Origin: Alphaproteobacteria bacterium
GTDB lineage: Bacteria; Pseudomonadota; Alphaproteobacteria; SHVV01
Direction of reading: 5' to 3'
Assembly: GCA_965261735.1 (NCBI GenBank)
Contig: OZ253470.1
Location: 352,001-416,000, forward strand
DNA: 64,000 bases
Position numbers and translations under genes: made by a program. Positions 30,011 to 40,225 of the stretch are shown in pieces (position 1 is the first letter of the stretch; each line of letters starts with the position of its first letter). The notes below the pieces were generated by a model. It saw only the letters and a program-made list of their open reading frames with translations. It was not told the origin of the DNA and did no database searches.

Positions 30011-33000
30011 CAGCGCTCTCCCCCGAACCCGGCCGGATTGCGCTGGTGCGACAGCGCCGATATCTCGTCGAGAACGTGACGCCGCCCCCATCGCTCGACG
30101 ACGCGACGCTGGTCGATCTTTCTTGCCTCGACGACGACGCGCAGGGCGAACCTCTTTCGGTGTTGTGGGAGAATGAGCTCGACGCCCGCGTGCTTGAGGA
30201 CGACGGCTGGTCTGGGGTCGCCGACAAGGGCTTCGACGATCCGATGCTGTTCGCGGCCTATCTCCGTACGCTGTCGTGGAACTGCGTGACGGCAACCGAC
30301 CCGAATCTCTTTCAGGCGCCGTTCCGTGCCGGCATCCGCATCGACGCCTATCAGCTCGACCCACTGCGCAAGGCGCTCAGGCTGCCGCGCGTCAATCTGT
30401 TCATCGCCGACGACGTCGGGCTCGGCAAGACCATCGAGGCCGGACTCATTGCGCGCGAACTGCTGTTGCGCCGCCGCATCGACCGGATCGTCGTTGCGTG
30501 TCCGCCCGCGATGCTGGACCAATGGCAGGATGAGCTGGAGGCCCGATTCGGTCTCACTTTCGCCATTCTCGACCATACATATGTGACGCGAATGCGCCGC
30601 GAACGCGGCTTCTCGGTCAATCCCTGGACCACCCACTCCCGCTTTCTGATCTCTCACCGCCTTCTCGTCGACGAGGCCTACGCATCAGGTTTGCGCGACT
30701 GGCTTGGCGAGTTCGCCCCCCGATCGCTCCTAATCCTCGACGAAGCGCACAACGCCGCCCCCGCGAGCGGCGCCCGGTACGCAATCGATTCGCAAATCAC
30801 GCGCGCCGTACGCGACATCGCGCCTCGTTTCGAGCATCGTCTGTTCCTTTCGGCGACGCCGCATAACGGGCATTCGAACAGCTTTTCTGCCCTGCTTGAG
30901 ATTCTCGACCCGCAACGCTTCTGCCGTGGGGTTCGCGTACTCAAGGGGCAGCTCGACGAGGTGCTGGTCCGGCGCCTCAAGTCCGATATCCGGGAGCTCG
31001 AAGGTGGTTTTCCGAAACGCTCCGTGGTCCCGGTCGAAATCGACGGGCTGCCAATGGACGCGCCTGAGCTCGTGTTGCCGAGGATGCTGGATGCCTACCG
31101 CCTTGAGCGGGAAAGACGGCTCAAGAACGAATCGCGGTCGCAGCAGACGGCTGGCGCATTGGTGATTGGCGGGCTGCAAAAGCGTTTGTTGTCATCCATT
31201 GAGGCATTCGCGAAAACGCTCTCGGTGCATCGGAAGAGTGTGGAACGCGCGCTGGAAAGGGCGGAGGCAGCCCCAGCGATCTCGGCTGCGCTGCGGGCCG
31301 ATCTCGAACGATTGACCGCCGGCGCGGATCCCGACACCGAAATGACTGGCACGGCCGATCATGACCACGAGGCCGGCGGCGAGATCGGCGAGCCGGACGA
31401 TGCCGAACGATCCGATCCGTCCGAACTGGGATTCGATGATCTGATGACGACGGCGACCGCGGCATCGACAGACAGCAGCCGGGCGGAAGCACGGACGGCG
31501 TTGATGAGCGAACTCGCTCTTGTCGACGAGATGCTCGATGTGGCCGAGGCGAGCCGCTACGACGCCGATCCGCGCGTTCGCAAGATCATCGATTGGATCG
31601 AGGCAAATATGTGCTGGGGGCTGTCGGCGCCCGGTGCCACACCTCCGCGATGGAACGACCACCGCCTTCTCATCTTCACCGAATACGAGGACACGCGACG
31701 TTGGCTCCAACGCTGCCTGAATGAGGCGATCGCGTGTTCCGACGGAGCGTCCGAACGGATTGCCGCCTTCACGGGGATGACCTCCCGCCACAGGCGAGAA
31801 GACATCAAGCACGCCTTCAACACTGAGCCCGGCGACCACCCGCTGCGCATTCTCATCGCAACCGACGCCGCACGTGAGGGGCTCAATCTACAACGCCATT
31901 GCCATGACCTTTTTCACTTCGATCTGCCCTGGAACCCGAGCCGTCTCGATCAACGCAACGGCCGTATCGACCGCAAGCTGCAGCCGGCCGACGAAGTGTT
32001 CTGCCGTTACTTCGTCTATTCCCAGCGGCCCGAGGACCACGTTCTACAAGTATTGGTAAACAAGATGGAACGCATCCGGCAAGAACTCGGTAGCGTCGCG
32101 AAGGTCCTCGAGGGGCGCATTGCACGGACCATCGGTGCACAAGGCATGCAACGCGACGGGCTCGACAAACTTGCGGCCTTCATCGAGGATCTGTCGCCCG
32201 GAGAGCAACAGCGAGCCGTCGACGACGAACTCGAGGATGCGCGTCTTCGCCAGGACAGGCTGCGCGAAGAAGTCGACGGCCTCCGCACCCGACTGGAACG
32301 TTCGCGCACCCATATCGGTCTCACCGCTCCACAGTTTCGCCAGACCCTGTCAATGAGCCTGAGGCTCGCCGGCGCTCCCGGAATCGCGGAGGCGGATCGG
32401 GACGGGGAGCAAGAACCCGACACCCCGCGCCGTTTCATCTTTCCAGCCGACGATCACGCGCTCGCGAGCGACTCCGGCTGGACCGCGGCGCTAGATGCCT
32501 TGCGTGCGCGCAGGCAGAGAAGGGAGAACTTCGGCGAGTGGCGACGGCGGGCCGCCATTCGGCCAGTTACTTTCGAGGACACTGGCCGGCTCGGCGAGAA
32601 CGCCGTGCAACTCCATCTCGAGCACCGCGTGACCCGGCGCCTGCTGGCCCGGTTCACCGCACAAGGCCTGATCCACCACGATCTGTCCAAGGCCTGTCTG
32701 ACCTTGGCTCCCGATGCGATCCCGCGGGTCGTGCTGCTCGGTCGACTCGCTGTTTACGGACCGCGCGCTTCGCGCCTCCACGAGGAGATGGTGCCGGTGA
32801 CGGCACGTTGGATCGATCCCGAACGGCGGCAGGACGCGCTCGCGCCCTACGGCCGGGCCGGCGAGCAAACGACAATGGCTTCCCTACAGACGGCGCTCGA
32901 CGAAGCCGGGCAAGACAGAGTTCCGGACCAAGTCCGGAAACGTCTCGCCGTGTCGGCGCAAGCCGATATCGCGGATCTCCTCCCGCATCTGGAACGTCGC

Positions 33001-33321
33001 GCAGCCGACTTCGCCGAGCAGGCGAAGAGACGCCTTGCCGAACGGTCGGATGCCGAAAAGCGCAGTATGATCGAATTGCTACAGCGCCAGCGGAAGAGGA
33101 TTGCCGAGACCGCCGGCAAGGACGACCGACAACAGATGTTCGACTTCGATGAAGCGGAACGGCGTCAGCGCGAAGCCGACCGTCGCGCCTGGGCCCGGCG
33201 CCTTGAAGCCATCGAGACCGAACTCAAGACCGAGCCGCGCCGGATCGCCGACACGTACAGGGTAAGCGCCATCCGCGTCGATCCGATCGGCCTCATCTAT
33301 CTCTGGCCGCGGACGGGATAG
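30007..33321 (+). CDS. drmD: DISARM SNF2-like helicase DrmD
   Basis: ADDVGLGKT, DEAH, SATPHNG and QRNGRIDR motifs; N-terminal LDDDAQGEPLSVLWE and C-terminal GLIYLWP typical of DrmD; ATGA overlap with the AbiEii stop. Confidence 0.9.
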   Translation: MTALSPEPGRIALVRQRRYLVENVTPPPSLDDATLVDLSCLDDDAQGEPLSVLWENELDARVLEDDGWSGVADKGFDDPMLFAAYLRTLSWNCVTATDPNLFQAPFRAGIRIDAYQLDPLRKALRLPRVNLFIADDVGLGKTIEAGLIARELLLRRRIDRIVVACPPAMLDQWQDELEARFGLTFAILDHTYVTRMRRERGFSVNPWTTHSRFLISHRLLVDEAYASGLRDWLGEFAPRSLLILDEAHNAAPASGARYAIDSQITRAVRDIAPRFEHRLFLSATPHNGHSNSFSALLEILDPQRFCRGVRVLKGQLDEVLVRRLKSDIRELEGGFPKRSVVPVEIDGLPMDAPELVLPRMLDAYRLERERRLKNESRSQQTAGALVIGGLQKRLLSSIEAFAKTLSVHRKSVERALERAEAAPAISAALRADLERLTAGADPDTEMTGTADHDHEAGGEIGEPDDAERSDPSELGFDDLMTTATAASTDSSRAEARTALMSELALVDEMLDVAEASRYDADPRVRKIIDWIEANMCWGLSAPGATPPRWNDHRLLIFTEYEDTRRWLQRCLNEAIACSDGASERIAAFTGMTSRHRREDIKHAFNTEPGDHPLRILIATDAAREGLNLQRHCHDLFHFDLPWNPSRLDQRNGRIDRKLQPADEVFCRYFVYSQRPEDHVLQVLVNKMERIRQELGSVAKVLEGRIARTIGAQGMQRDGLDKLAAFIEDLSPGEQQRAVDDELEDARLRQDRLREEVDGLRTRLERSRTHIGLTAPQFRQTLSMSLRLAGAPGIAEADRDGEQEPDTPRRFIFPADDHALASDSGWTAALDALRARRQRRENFGEWRRRAAIRPVTFEDTGRLGENAVQLHLEHRVTRRLLARFTAQGLIHHDLSKACLTLAPDAIPRVVLLGRLAVYGPRASRLHEEMVPVTARWIDPERRQDALAPYGRAGEQTTMASLQTALDEAGQDRVPDQVRKRLAVSAQADIADLLPHLERRAADFAEQAKRRLAERSDAEKRSMIELLQRQRKRIAETAGKDDRQQMFDFDEAERRQREADRRAWARRLEAIETELKTEPRRIADTYRVSAIRVDPIGLIYLWPRTG

Positions 33322-33324
33322 ATC

Positions 33325-36300
33325 ATGGCGGATCGCGCACGTCGCAACCTGATCTTCGCCCACCAGGAATGGCTTGGCTTCGTCCAGCCCGTGGGCCTCC
33401 TATTGTCGCCAATCATCATGGTCGACGCCCAGGTCGTGCCCGACCGCAACATCTCGTGGCGCCAGCGCGAGTTTCGCGACCTGCTCGAAGAGGACGGAAG
33501 CGGTGCCACGGCCCGCTGGATTGCGCCCAACCTCCGCCGAGTGTTTCTCGGCTATCTGGGCTGGGAAGAAGGCGACCTTTTGGACGCGCTCGACCATCGG
33601 GACGCGCTGGAAATTGCCCTTCCCGAGTTGCAGGTCGTGCTCTCGCCCACCTGGGCCGTGCCGGCTGAAGAAGACCCGGACGCTGCATGGACGATGCTCG
33701 TTCGCGTCGAGGACGGCGGCGTCGACCTCGATAAACCCACCGGCGACGGCGCAGGGTGGAACGCCACTCGGCACGCCCGATTCGAACGGCTGTTGCGAGA
33801 GACCGACGTGCCGATCGGGTTGCTTTGCACCGATGAGGGTGTTCGTCTGATCCACGCGCCCAGGGGCGAGTCGTCGGGGTATGTAACCTTCGAGTTCTCG
33901 CAGATGGCGCTGCCGGCAGGCCGGCCCATCCTGGCCGCATTCGACATGCTGTTGTCGGCGGACGCACTCTTCGGTGGTTACCCCGAGGCTCGGCTGCCGG
34001 CGCTTCTGGCCAAGAGCCGCGATGCGCAGGCCGAAGTCTCCACGAGACTTTCTCGTCAGGTACTCGCGGCGCTGCATGAATTGCTTCGGGGCTTTGTCTC
34101 GGCAGACGCGCGCGGCGGCGGAACCGTGACCGACATCGCGCGGCGCGATCCCGATCACCTTTACGGCGGACTGATCACGACGCTGATGCGGCTCGTCTTC
34201 GTGCTTTACGCCGAAGACCGGGGCCTGATGCCTGGTCATCCCGTGTACCAGCAGCACTATTCCCTAGGCGGCCTTTTCGCCCGCTTGCGCGCCGATGCGG
34301 CGACTTGGCCCGATACCATGGACCAGCGTTTCGGCGCCTGGGCGCAGCTGCTTTCGTTATTCCGGCTAATCCACGGCGGCGGCGGACACGCCGGCCTCTC
34401 GTTTGTCGCACGCAAGGGTACGCTGTTCGATCCACACCGTTTCCCGTTCCTCGAAGGACGCGGGCCAGAGCAGAAGCCGGCAATTCCGATGGTCCCGGAC
34501 GCTAGCGTCTGGAAGGTGTTGCAGTCGTTGATGGTGCTAGACGGCGAGCGGCTGTCTTACCGCACACTCGATGTCGAGCAGATCGGTTCTGTGTACGAGG
34601 CCATCATGGGCTTTCGCGTCGAGCTGACCCCCGGGCGGTCGATCGCCGTGGCGTCGCCGAAACGGACCGGCGCCGCGGTTGTCGTCGACCTCGACCGTTT
34701 GCTCGAACTGGAAGGTGGCAAGCGTGCGAAGGCTTCCACGATTGTAGATGTTGTGGCGGCGCTTGACCGAGCGGTCGACCGCGACGCGACTCCGGACGTT
34801 GTTCCCGCTGGAACTCCTGTCCTTCAGCCGACGGACGAGCGGCGGCGGTCCGGCAGCCACTATACGCCGCGCTCTTTGACTGAACCGATCGTTTCCGAAG
34901 CTCTGCGTCCGATACTCGAACGTCTGGGACGGAATGCGCGGCCCGAAGACATTCTCGACCTCAAGGTTCTCGACCCAGCAACCGGTTCGGGTGCCTTCCT
35001 GGTCGAGGCCTGCCGTCAACTGTCGGCGCGACTGGTCGAGGCCTGGAGCGTTCATGGCGGACCGCCTGACCTGCCCGCCGACGAAGACGAGTTGCTTCAC
35101 GCCCGGCGACTTGTCGCCCAGCGATGCATCTATGGCGTCGACAAGAATTCGATGGCTATCGATCTGGCGCGGCTTTCGCTGTGGCTGGTTACCCTCGCGC
35201 GGGATCATGAATTCACCTTCATAGATCACGCCCTGCGCCACGGTGATTCGCTGGTTGGTCTCACGCGCAACCAGATCGAAGGATTCCATTGGGATGCCGA
35301 GGCACCGAGTTTTCAGCTCGGAATGGAGACAATGGAGGTGCAAAAGCACGTGGCCCGGGTCTCCGAGATGCGCCAACTGATCCGCGAACTTGGTGACGAG
35401 GCCCCTGAGCACGAACTGCGGGAGCTTCTGGACGAGTCCGAGCGTGAACTCAGGAACGTTCGCCGGGTCGCTGACCTGGTGTTGACGGCGTTCTTCGATG
35501 GAGGAAAGCCGAAGGAACGTGAGAGCAAGCGGGTCATGTACGGGAGTCTGCTTCTCGGAAGGGACCAAGCCGTGACCGCTTCGCCTGCGGCAGCAAAGTT
35601 GCCGGTCGCTCCCCTCCATTGGGAGTTAGAGTTTCCGGAGGTGTTCGAGCGCGAGAATCCGGGCTTCGATGCGGCAGTCGGTAATCCGCCATTCCTTGGC
35701 GGGAAACGAATCAGCACCGTACTTGGAAACCGGTTTCGAGACTGGCTGATAGCTCTGCATCCCGAAGCGAACAGCAATGCAGACTTGGTCGCGCATTTCT
35801 TTCGTAGAGTCTTTGAGTTGCTGCGCAAAGGAGGTGGTCTTGGTCTAGTCTCCACGAACACCATAAGCCAAGGCGACACAAGAGCCACGGGGTTGCGTTG
35901 GATCTGCAAGAACGGTGGTGTGATCCACCGCGCCCGACGACGGCTCAAGTGGCCCGGCGAGGCGGCCGTAGTAGTAAGTGTAGTTCATATTGCAAAGGGG
36001 GCTTATGCGGGTTCCAGGACGCTCGACGATCACCGGGCATCTGTGATCACCGCTTTTCTGTTTCATAGTGGTGGTAACGATGACCCGGTTCGTCTGAAAG
36101 CGAATTCTGAAAAAAGCTACGTGGGCATGTACTTGCGGGGCATGGGCTTCACTTTCGACGATACTGACACCAAGAACGTCGCCACATCGCTTGCAACAAT
36201 GAATCGTCTGATCGAAGCGAACACTCGCAATAGGGACGTGATCTTTCCCTACATCGGCGGAGAGGAGGTCAACACCAGCCCGGCCCATGCCCACCACCGC

Positions 36301-37446
36301 TACGTCATCAACTTCCGCGACTGGCCGCTGCGCCGCGCAGATATGGGTGCAACGTGGCTGGACGCAGACGAAGGCACGAGGCGCGACTGGCAGCGCGACG
36401 GGATCGTACCGCTTGACTATCCGGAGCAAGTGGCTGCGGACTATCCGGAGCTATTGTCAATTGTGGAAGAGCATGTTCGACCCACTCGACTAAGACTCGG
36501 AGAATCAGCGATTGACAGAGTCCACAAGCGTCGTTGGTGGTTGTATGCAAATGATCGCCCTCAGCTCCAACAGGCAGTCAGTAGCCTCGATCGCGTGCTT
36601 GTAATTTCCGAGATTGGCCAACATGGGGCGTTCGCATTTTTGCCAAGTCGCATGATCTTTTCCCATACGCTAAAGGTCTTCTCTCTCGATACTTACGCCG
36701 CCTTATGCGCCCTCCAGTCCCGCCCCCACGAAATCTGGGCCCGTTTCTTCGGATCGTCGCTGGAAGATCGGCTTCGCTACACACCCTCCGACTGTTTCGA
36801 GACTTTCCCATTCCCCGAGAACTGGGAATCGTGCCCCGCACTCGAAGCGGCGGGTGAGGCGTACTATGATTTGCGTGCGGCGTTGATGGCCGAGAACAAC
36901 GAGGGACTTACAAAAACCTACAACCGTTTTCACGATCCGGACGAGCGCGATTCCCGGATCGACCGGCTCCGTCAGCTTCACGCCGCAATGGACCGCGTCG
37001 TTCTGGAAGCCTATGGCTGGACCGACATTCCTACCGATTGCGAGTTCTTGTTGGATTACGAGATCGACGAAGAGACCTGGGGCAAGAAGAAGAAACCCTG
37101 GCGCTACCGCTGGCCCGATGAAGTCCGCGACGAAGTGCTCGCGCGCCTGTTGGCCCTCAACACCCAGCGCGCGGCCGAGGAGCGTATGGCCGGAAGTGGT
37201 GTGCGTCTTCCGGCGTTAGCCACCAGCACCTACAAGCCTACCTCAACGAGTTCACCTTCCGCTTCAACAGGCGGTTCTACCCGTTCAACGCCTTCCGCTC
37301 ATTGCTCGGCATCGCGGGCGACACCTCTGCTCCAACCTATGCCGAGCTTTACTCGGGAGAAGAGCCAAGCTTTGAGACCTGCAGATTCGCGATCTGGCGA
37401 GGCAAGCCGAACCCGACAGCAGCGCGGACGGCGGCGCAATCGGTGA
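33325..37446 (+). CDS. drmMI: DISARM class I N6-adenine methyltransferase DrmMI-like (type IIG-like); C-terminal tail read through into an IS remnant
   Basis: HQEWLGFVQPVGL N-terminus, GSHYTP, DPATGSGAFL (motif I), GNPPF (motif IV) and RYRWPDEVRDEVLARLL. Residues after about 37195 are low-complexity read-through. Confidence 0.85.
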   Translation: MADRARRNLIFAHQEWLGFVQPVGLLLSPIIMVDAQVVPDRNISWRQREFRDLLEEDGSGATARWIAPNLRRVFLGYLGWEEGDLLDALDHRDALEIALPELQVVLSPTWAVPAEEDPDAAWTMLVRVEDGGVDLDKPTGDGAGWNATRHARFERLLRETDVPIGLLCTDEGVRLIHAPRGESSGYVTFEFSQMALPAGRPILAAFDMLLSADALFGGYPEARLPALLAKSRDAQAEVSTRLSRQVLAALHELLRGFVSADARGGGTVTDIARRDPDHLYGGLITTLMRLVFVLYAEDRGLMPGHPVYQQHYSLGGLFARLRADAATWPDTMDQRFGAWAQLLSLFRLIHGGGGHAGLSFVARKGTLFDPHRFPFLEGRGPEQKPAIPMVPDASVWKVLQSLMVLDGERLSYRTLDVEQIGSVYEAIMGFRVELTPGRSIAVASPKRTGAAVVVDLDRLLELEGGKRAKASTIVDVVAALDRAVDRDATPDVVPAGTPVLQPTDERRRSGSHYTPRSLTEPIVSEALRPILERLGRNARPEDILDLKVLDPATGSGAFLVEACRQLSARLVEAWSVHGGPPDLPADEDELLHARRLVAQRCIYGVDKNSMAIDLARLSLWLVTLARDHEFTFIDHALRHGDSLVGLTRNQIEGFHWDAEAPSFQLGMETMEVQKHVARVSEMRQLIRELGDEAPEHELRELLDESERELRNVRRVADLVLTAFFDGGKPKERESKRVMYGSLLLGRDQAVTASPAAAKLPVAPLHWELEFPEVFERENPGFDAAVGNPPFLGGKRISTVLGNRFRDWLIALHPEANSNADLVAHFFRRVFELLRKGGGLGLVSTNTISQGDTRATGLRWICKNGGVIHRARRRLKWPGEAAVVVSVVHIAKGAYAGSRTLDDHRASVITAFLFHSGGNDDPVRLKANSEKSYVGMYLRGMGFTFDDTDTKNVATSLATMNRLIEANTRNRDVIFPYIGGEEVNTSPAHAHHRYVINFRDWPLRRADMGATWLDADEGTRRDWQRDGIVPLDYPEQVAADYPELLSIVEEHVRPTRLRLGESAIDRVHKRRWWLYANDRPQLQQAVSSLDRVLVISEIGQHGAFAFLPSRMIFSHTLKVFSLDTYAALCALQSRPHEIWARFFGSSLEDRLRYTPSDCFETFPFPENWESCPALEAAGEAYYDLRAALMAENNEGLTKTYNRFHDPDERDSRIDRLRQLHAAMDRVVLEAYGWTDIPTDCEFLLDYEIDEETWGKKKKPWRYRWPDEVRDEVLARLLALNTQRAAEERMAGSGVRLPALATSTYKPTSTSSPSASTGGSTRSTPSAHCSASRATPLLQPMPSFTREKSQALRPADSRSGEASRTRQQRGRRRNR
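37212..37370 (+). mobile_element. IS1595-family transposase C-terminal scrap
   Basis: An alternative frame reads GVSHQHLQAYLNEFTFRFNRRFYPFNAFRSLLG...TYAELY. Confidence 0.8.
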
Positions 37447-37481
37447 GGTTCGACCATCCGGCGATCGGCGGACGGAGATAC

Positions 37482-38875
37482 GGTTGTGTCTCGAAAGTGG
37501 TGGAAATTGGTTTTGGCGCCTCTCCGAGCGGGTTGAGTTTTGCGGCGGTCAGGCTGCGCGGTCAAGGGTTTCGTCGGCGATTAGCTGATCGAGGGTTTCC
37601 CATCCATCGACTTTGCGCATCTGGATTTGGCCGGAAGCGAGGAGTGCCCAGAGGAGCATCGGCACTGTTTCGGGACACGGCAGCACGGTCTGTGTTTTGA
37701 TCCGGCGCTTGAACTCCTCGTTGAGACGCTCAATGGCGTTGGTCGTTCGGGCTGATTTCCATTGGCTCTTGGACAGGCGCGTGAAGGTAAAGAGCTTGTC
37801 GCCCGCTTCTGCGAGGCTGTCCGCGACGGCCCTGCATTTCAGCCGCCACTTGCGGACAAACGCCTTGCGGCGGGTTTCCACCTCGGAGGCAGTGTCGGCA
37901 TAGATCATATCGCGGTAATCTTCGCTCAGCTCGTCATGCATGTGTTTGGGAGCATGACCCAGAAGGTTGCGGTGCTTGTGCACGGTGCAGCGTTGAACGG
38001 GAAGGTCATCGCCCCAAAGCGCCGACAGAGCCGCCTCCAGTCCCGGCGCGCCATCGACGATGACAAACCCGGGCCGTTTCAGTCCACGCGCATCAAGGTC
38101 GTCGAGGAACTGGCGCCACGCCGCCTGGCTTTCTCCGCCCATATTCCCGATCGAAAGCAAGACCTTCTGGCCATCCCGGCGCACCCCTATAGCCGCGAGA
38201 ACCGAGATGTTGGTGGCCTTGCGGTCCAGTCGGGTCTTGATCACAGTGCCGTCAAGGATCAGCCGAACGATATCCTCATCCGCGAGGCCACGGCTGCACC
38301 AGGCGTCCCAATCGACCTTCACCTTGCGCCACGCCCGGCTCACAACGTCCTTGCTCACAGCACCCCGGAAGAGCCCGAACAGCGCGCGTTTCACCCGCCG
38401 CGTGTTGGTTCCGGACAGATACACCGAAGCGATCAGCGCCTCGGCCTTTCTGGTCAGCCGCTGGTAGCGCGGCAGCGCCCGCGAACGCCATTCCGACGCC
38501 CGACCGTCTTCCTCAACGATCCGCGCACGCGGCACGCTCACCCTCTCGGTCCCGAATGTCCCCGTCAGTTGCCGCTCCCGGTGCCCGTTCCGATACCCTT
38601 GCCGAAGCGCGTCCTCTCGACCGTATCGGCAGCGCCCGAGAAACTGCGCAAGTTCCTCCTCAAAAACGGCCTCGATCGTGGATCTGATGTTCTCCCGCAG
38701 CCGGTCCTCGAGCGGATCATAGCCGGCGTCATTGGCCAGTAGCGAAAGCGCGGAAGTCTCGGTAGTGTTCTTCATGGCGTGATCTCCTTGGCGGTGCTAG
38801 CCGCCGATTGGGTGGTTGTCTTGTCACCCGGAGATTACGCCATCCTCAAATTTCCACCACTTTCGAGACACAGCC
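37482..38875 (-). mobile_element. IS256-family element type B, copy 2
   Basis: Same TIRs as copy 1; 1394 bp; 8-bp TSD GGAGATAC. Confidence 0.96.
37549..38775 (-). CDS. IS256-family transposase (intact)
   Basis: 408 aa; LDG, VDG, QRCTVHKHRN and TTNAIERLNEE motifs. Confidence 0.96.
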   Translation of the reverse strand: MKNTTETSALSLLANDAGYDPLEDRLRENIRSTIEAVFEEELAQFLGRCRYGREDALRQGYRNGHRERQLTGTFGTERVSVPRARIVEEDGRASEWRSRALPRYQRLTRKAEALIASVYLSGTNTRRVKRALFGLFRGAVSKDVVSRAWRKVKVDWDAWCSRGLADEDIVRLILDGTVIKTRLDRKATNISVLAAIGVRRDGQKVLLSIGNMGGESQAAWRQFLDDLDARGLKRPGFVIVDGAPGLEAALSALWGDDLPVQRCTVHKHRNLLGHAPKHMHDELSEDYRDMIYADTASEVETRRKAFVRKWRLKCRAVADSLAEAGDKLFTFTRLSKSQWKSARTTNAIERLNEEFKRRIKTQTVLPCPETVPMLLWALLASGQIQMRKVDGWETLDQLIADETLDRAA

Positions 38876-38974
38876 GGAGATACCGTGAATACGCTCACCC
38901 GTTCTGATGGTTGGTCGCCGTTTGCTCGCTTGCATGGAACAGGGACGTTTATGCTGGCCAAAAACATAGTGACC

Positions 38975-39445
38975 TCAATCCCCCGCGAACGCGATCAATC
39001 GCCCATAGACGAGTGCTCCCAGCCAGCAAACCGTTGAGAGGATGGCATGACCGGCCAAGCGGGCGCGCGGGGCGTCCTTAAGCAGGAACCCGTGGGCCCG
39101 GCACAGAGCGAGCGTAGACAGGACCCCGACAGCGATGAGGATTAGCTTGAGCTGCAGGAATCCGACGCCACTGTATTCTCGCGCCCGGACCGAGAACAGC
39201 AGCGGTCCCGTGAACAGGGCAAGGGTCAGCCCGCTCGCCGCAACGGGCGCGAGCACCCGCACTACCGCTTCGCGAGAGATACCGCGCCACACGCCAAGAA
39301 GCCGCAGATTGAGTGGGACGACGGACCCGATCAGCAAGGCGATTGCGAAGATATGCGCGGTGTTGACGGCGGCATAGACCCAGCGGGAACCCCGCAGAGC
39401 CTGCGCCAGGGCTGTCCCCTCGAGCGCCACGAACAGGGCCTCCAA
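38975..39445 (-). CDS. DUF6644/DUF2214-like membrane protein
   Basis: WVYAAVNTAHIFAIALLIGS...LRLLG, TGPLLF and FLQLK; probable TTG start just after the upstream gene. Confidence 0.7.
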   Translation of the reverse strand: MEALFVALEGTALAQALRGSRWVYAAVNTAHIFAIALLIGSVVPLNLRLLGVWRGISREAVVRVLAPVAASGLTLALFTGPLLFSVRAREYSGVGFLQLKLILIAVGVLSTLALCRAHGFLLKDAPRARLAGHAILSTVCWLGALVYGRLIAFAGD

Positions 39446-39449
39446 GGTC

Positions 39450-39815
39450 TCAGTCGCGCCGGGGGTAAAGGATGTACTCGCGTTTGCCCAGGAATAGCCG
39501 TTCCACCTTAATCCGTTTTTCCGACACATCGTCGGCCGGCTCGCCGATCAACCGGATTTCGACCCCTTCGGCCAGATCGCCGTCCTGGAGGCCAGCGCGT
39601 TCGTTGCGCCAGGGCTGACCGACCTCGGCCGTCCACTCGTCGCCCTCCACGTCGATCTTCAGAATGCCGTGGGGATTGCCCAGGCGGACGGTCTTAATGA
39701 TGCCGGTCATATCGATATTGCCGCCGGTCGTCCACGACCAGCCATGATGGGCCAGAGTCCCGACCGACGGAGCCGTGAGTCCCAAGGCCAGGATCGTGAT
39801 GAACAAGAGCCTCAT
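39450..39815 (-). CDS. DUF6152-family exported protein
   Basis: Signal peptide, AHHGWS and GNPHG motifs; GGAG RBS. Confidence 0.8.
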   Translation of the reverse strand: MRLLFITILALGLTAPSVGTLAHHGWSWTTGGNIDMTGIIKTVRLGNPHGILKIDVEGDEWTAEVGQPWRNERAGLQDGDLAEGVEIRLIGEPADDVSEKRIKVERLFLGKREYILYPRRD

Positions 39816-39916
39816 CGTAGTGCTCCTCCGATGCCTCAAGCGTTATCGGGAAGGTGGCGTCACACGACCGGACGTTCAAGCTGACATTTCCCAGACAACC
39901 ATCAAGTCCTTGGCGA

Positions 39917-40225
39917 TCATACCCTTGAAGAATAGATGACCGTACGGTTAAGCGAGGCATTGTTCCTGGCCTTTCCAGCCACCAAAACTCCTGAATGGTG
40001 AAAATCGCCGTAGGCGCGGACCGGCTGGCCGGTTTCGATCATAGCCATGGCGGCCATACACCGGGCACGGCGGGCTTTCTTGAGCCGAACCTCGTTGCGC
40101 GCTAGGTCGAAGAAGTGGTCGGTGCCATGCGAACGGTCATAGATTGAGCACCATCTTCTCCAGTCCGGGTTCTGATCGAAAACCAGTCGTCTTTCGGGCG
40201 GGAGGAGGAGCAATTCAATCAGCAT
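39917..40225 (-). CDS. Hypothetical protein
   Basis: Start overlaps the stop of the frame-corrected upstream gene (ATGCTGA). Confidence 0.4.
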   Translation of the reverse strand: MLIELLLLPPERRLVFDQNPDWRRWCSIYDRSHGTDHFFDLARNEVRLKKARRARCMAAMAMIETGQPVRAYGDFHHSGVLVAGKARNNASLNRTVIYSSRV

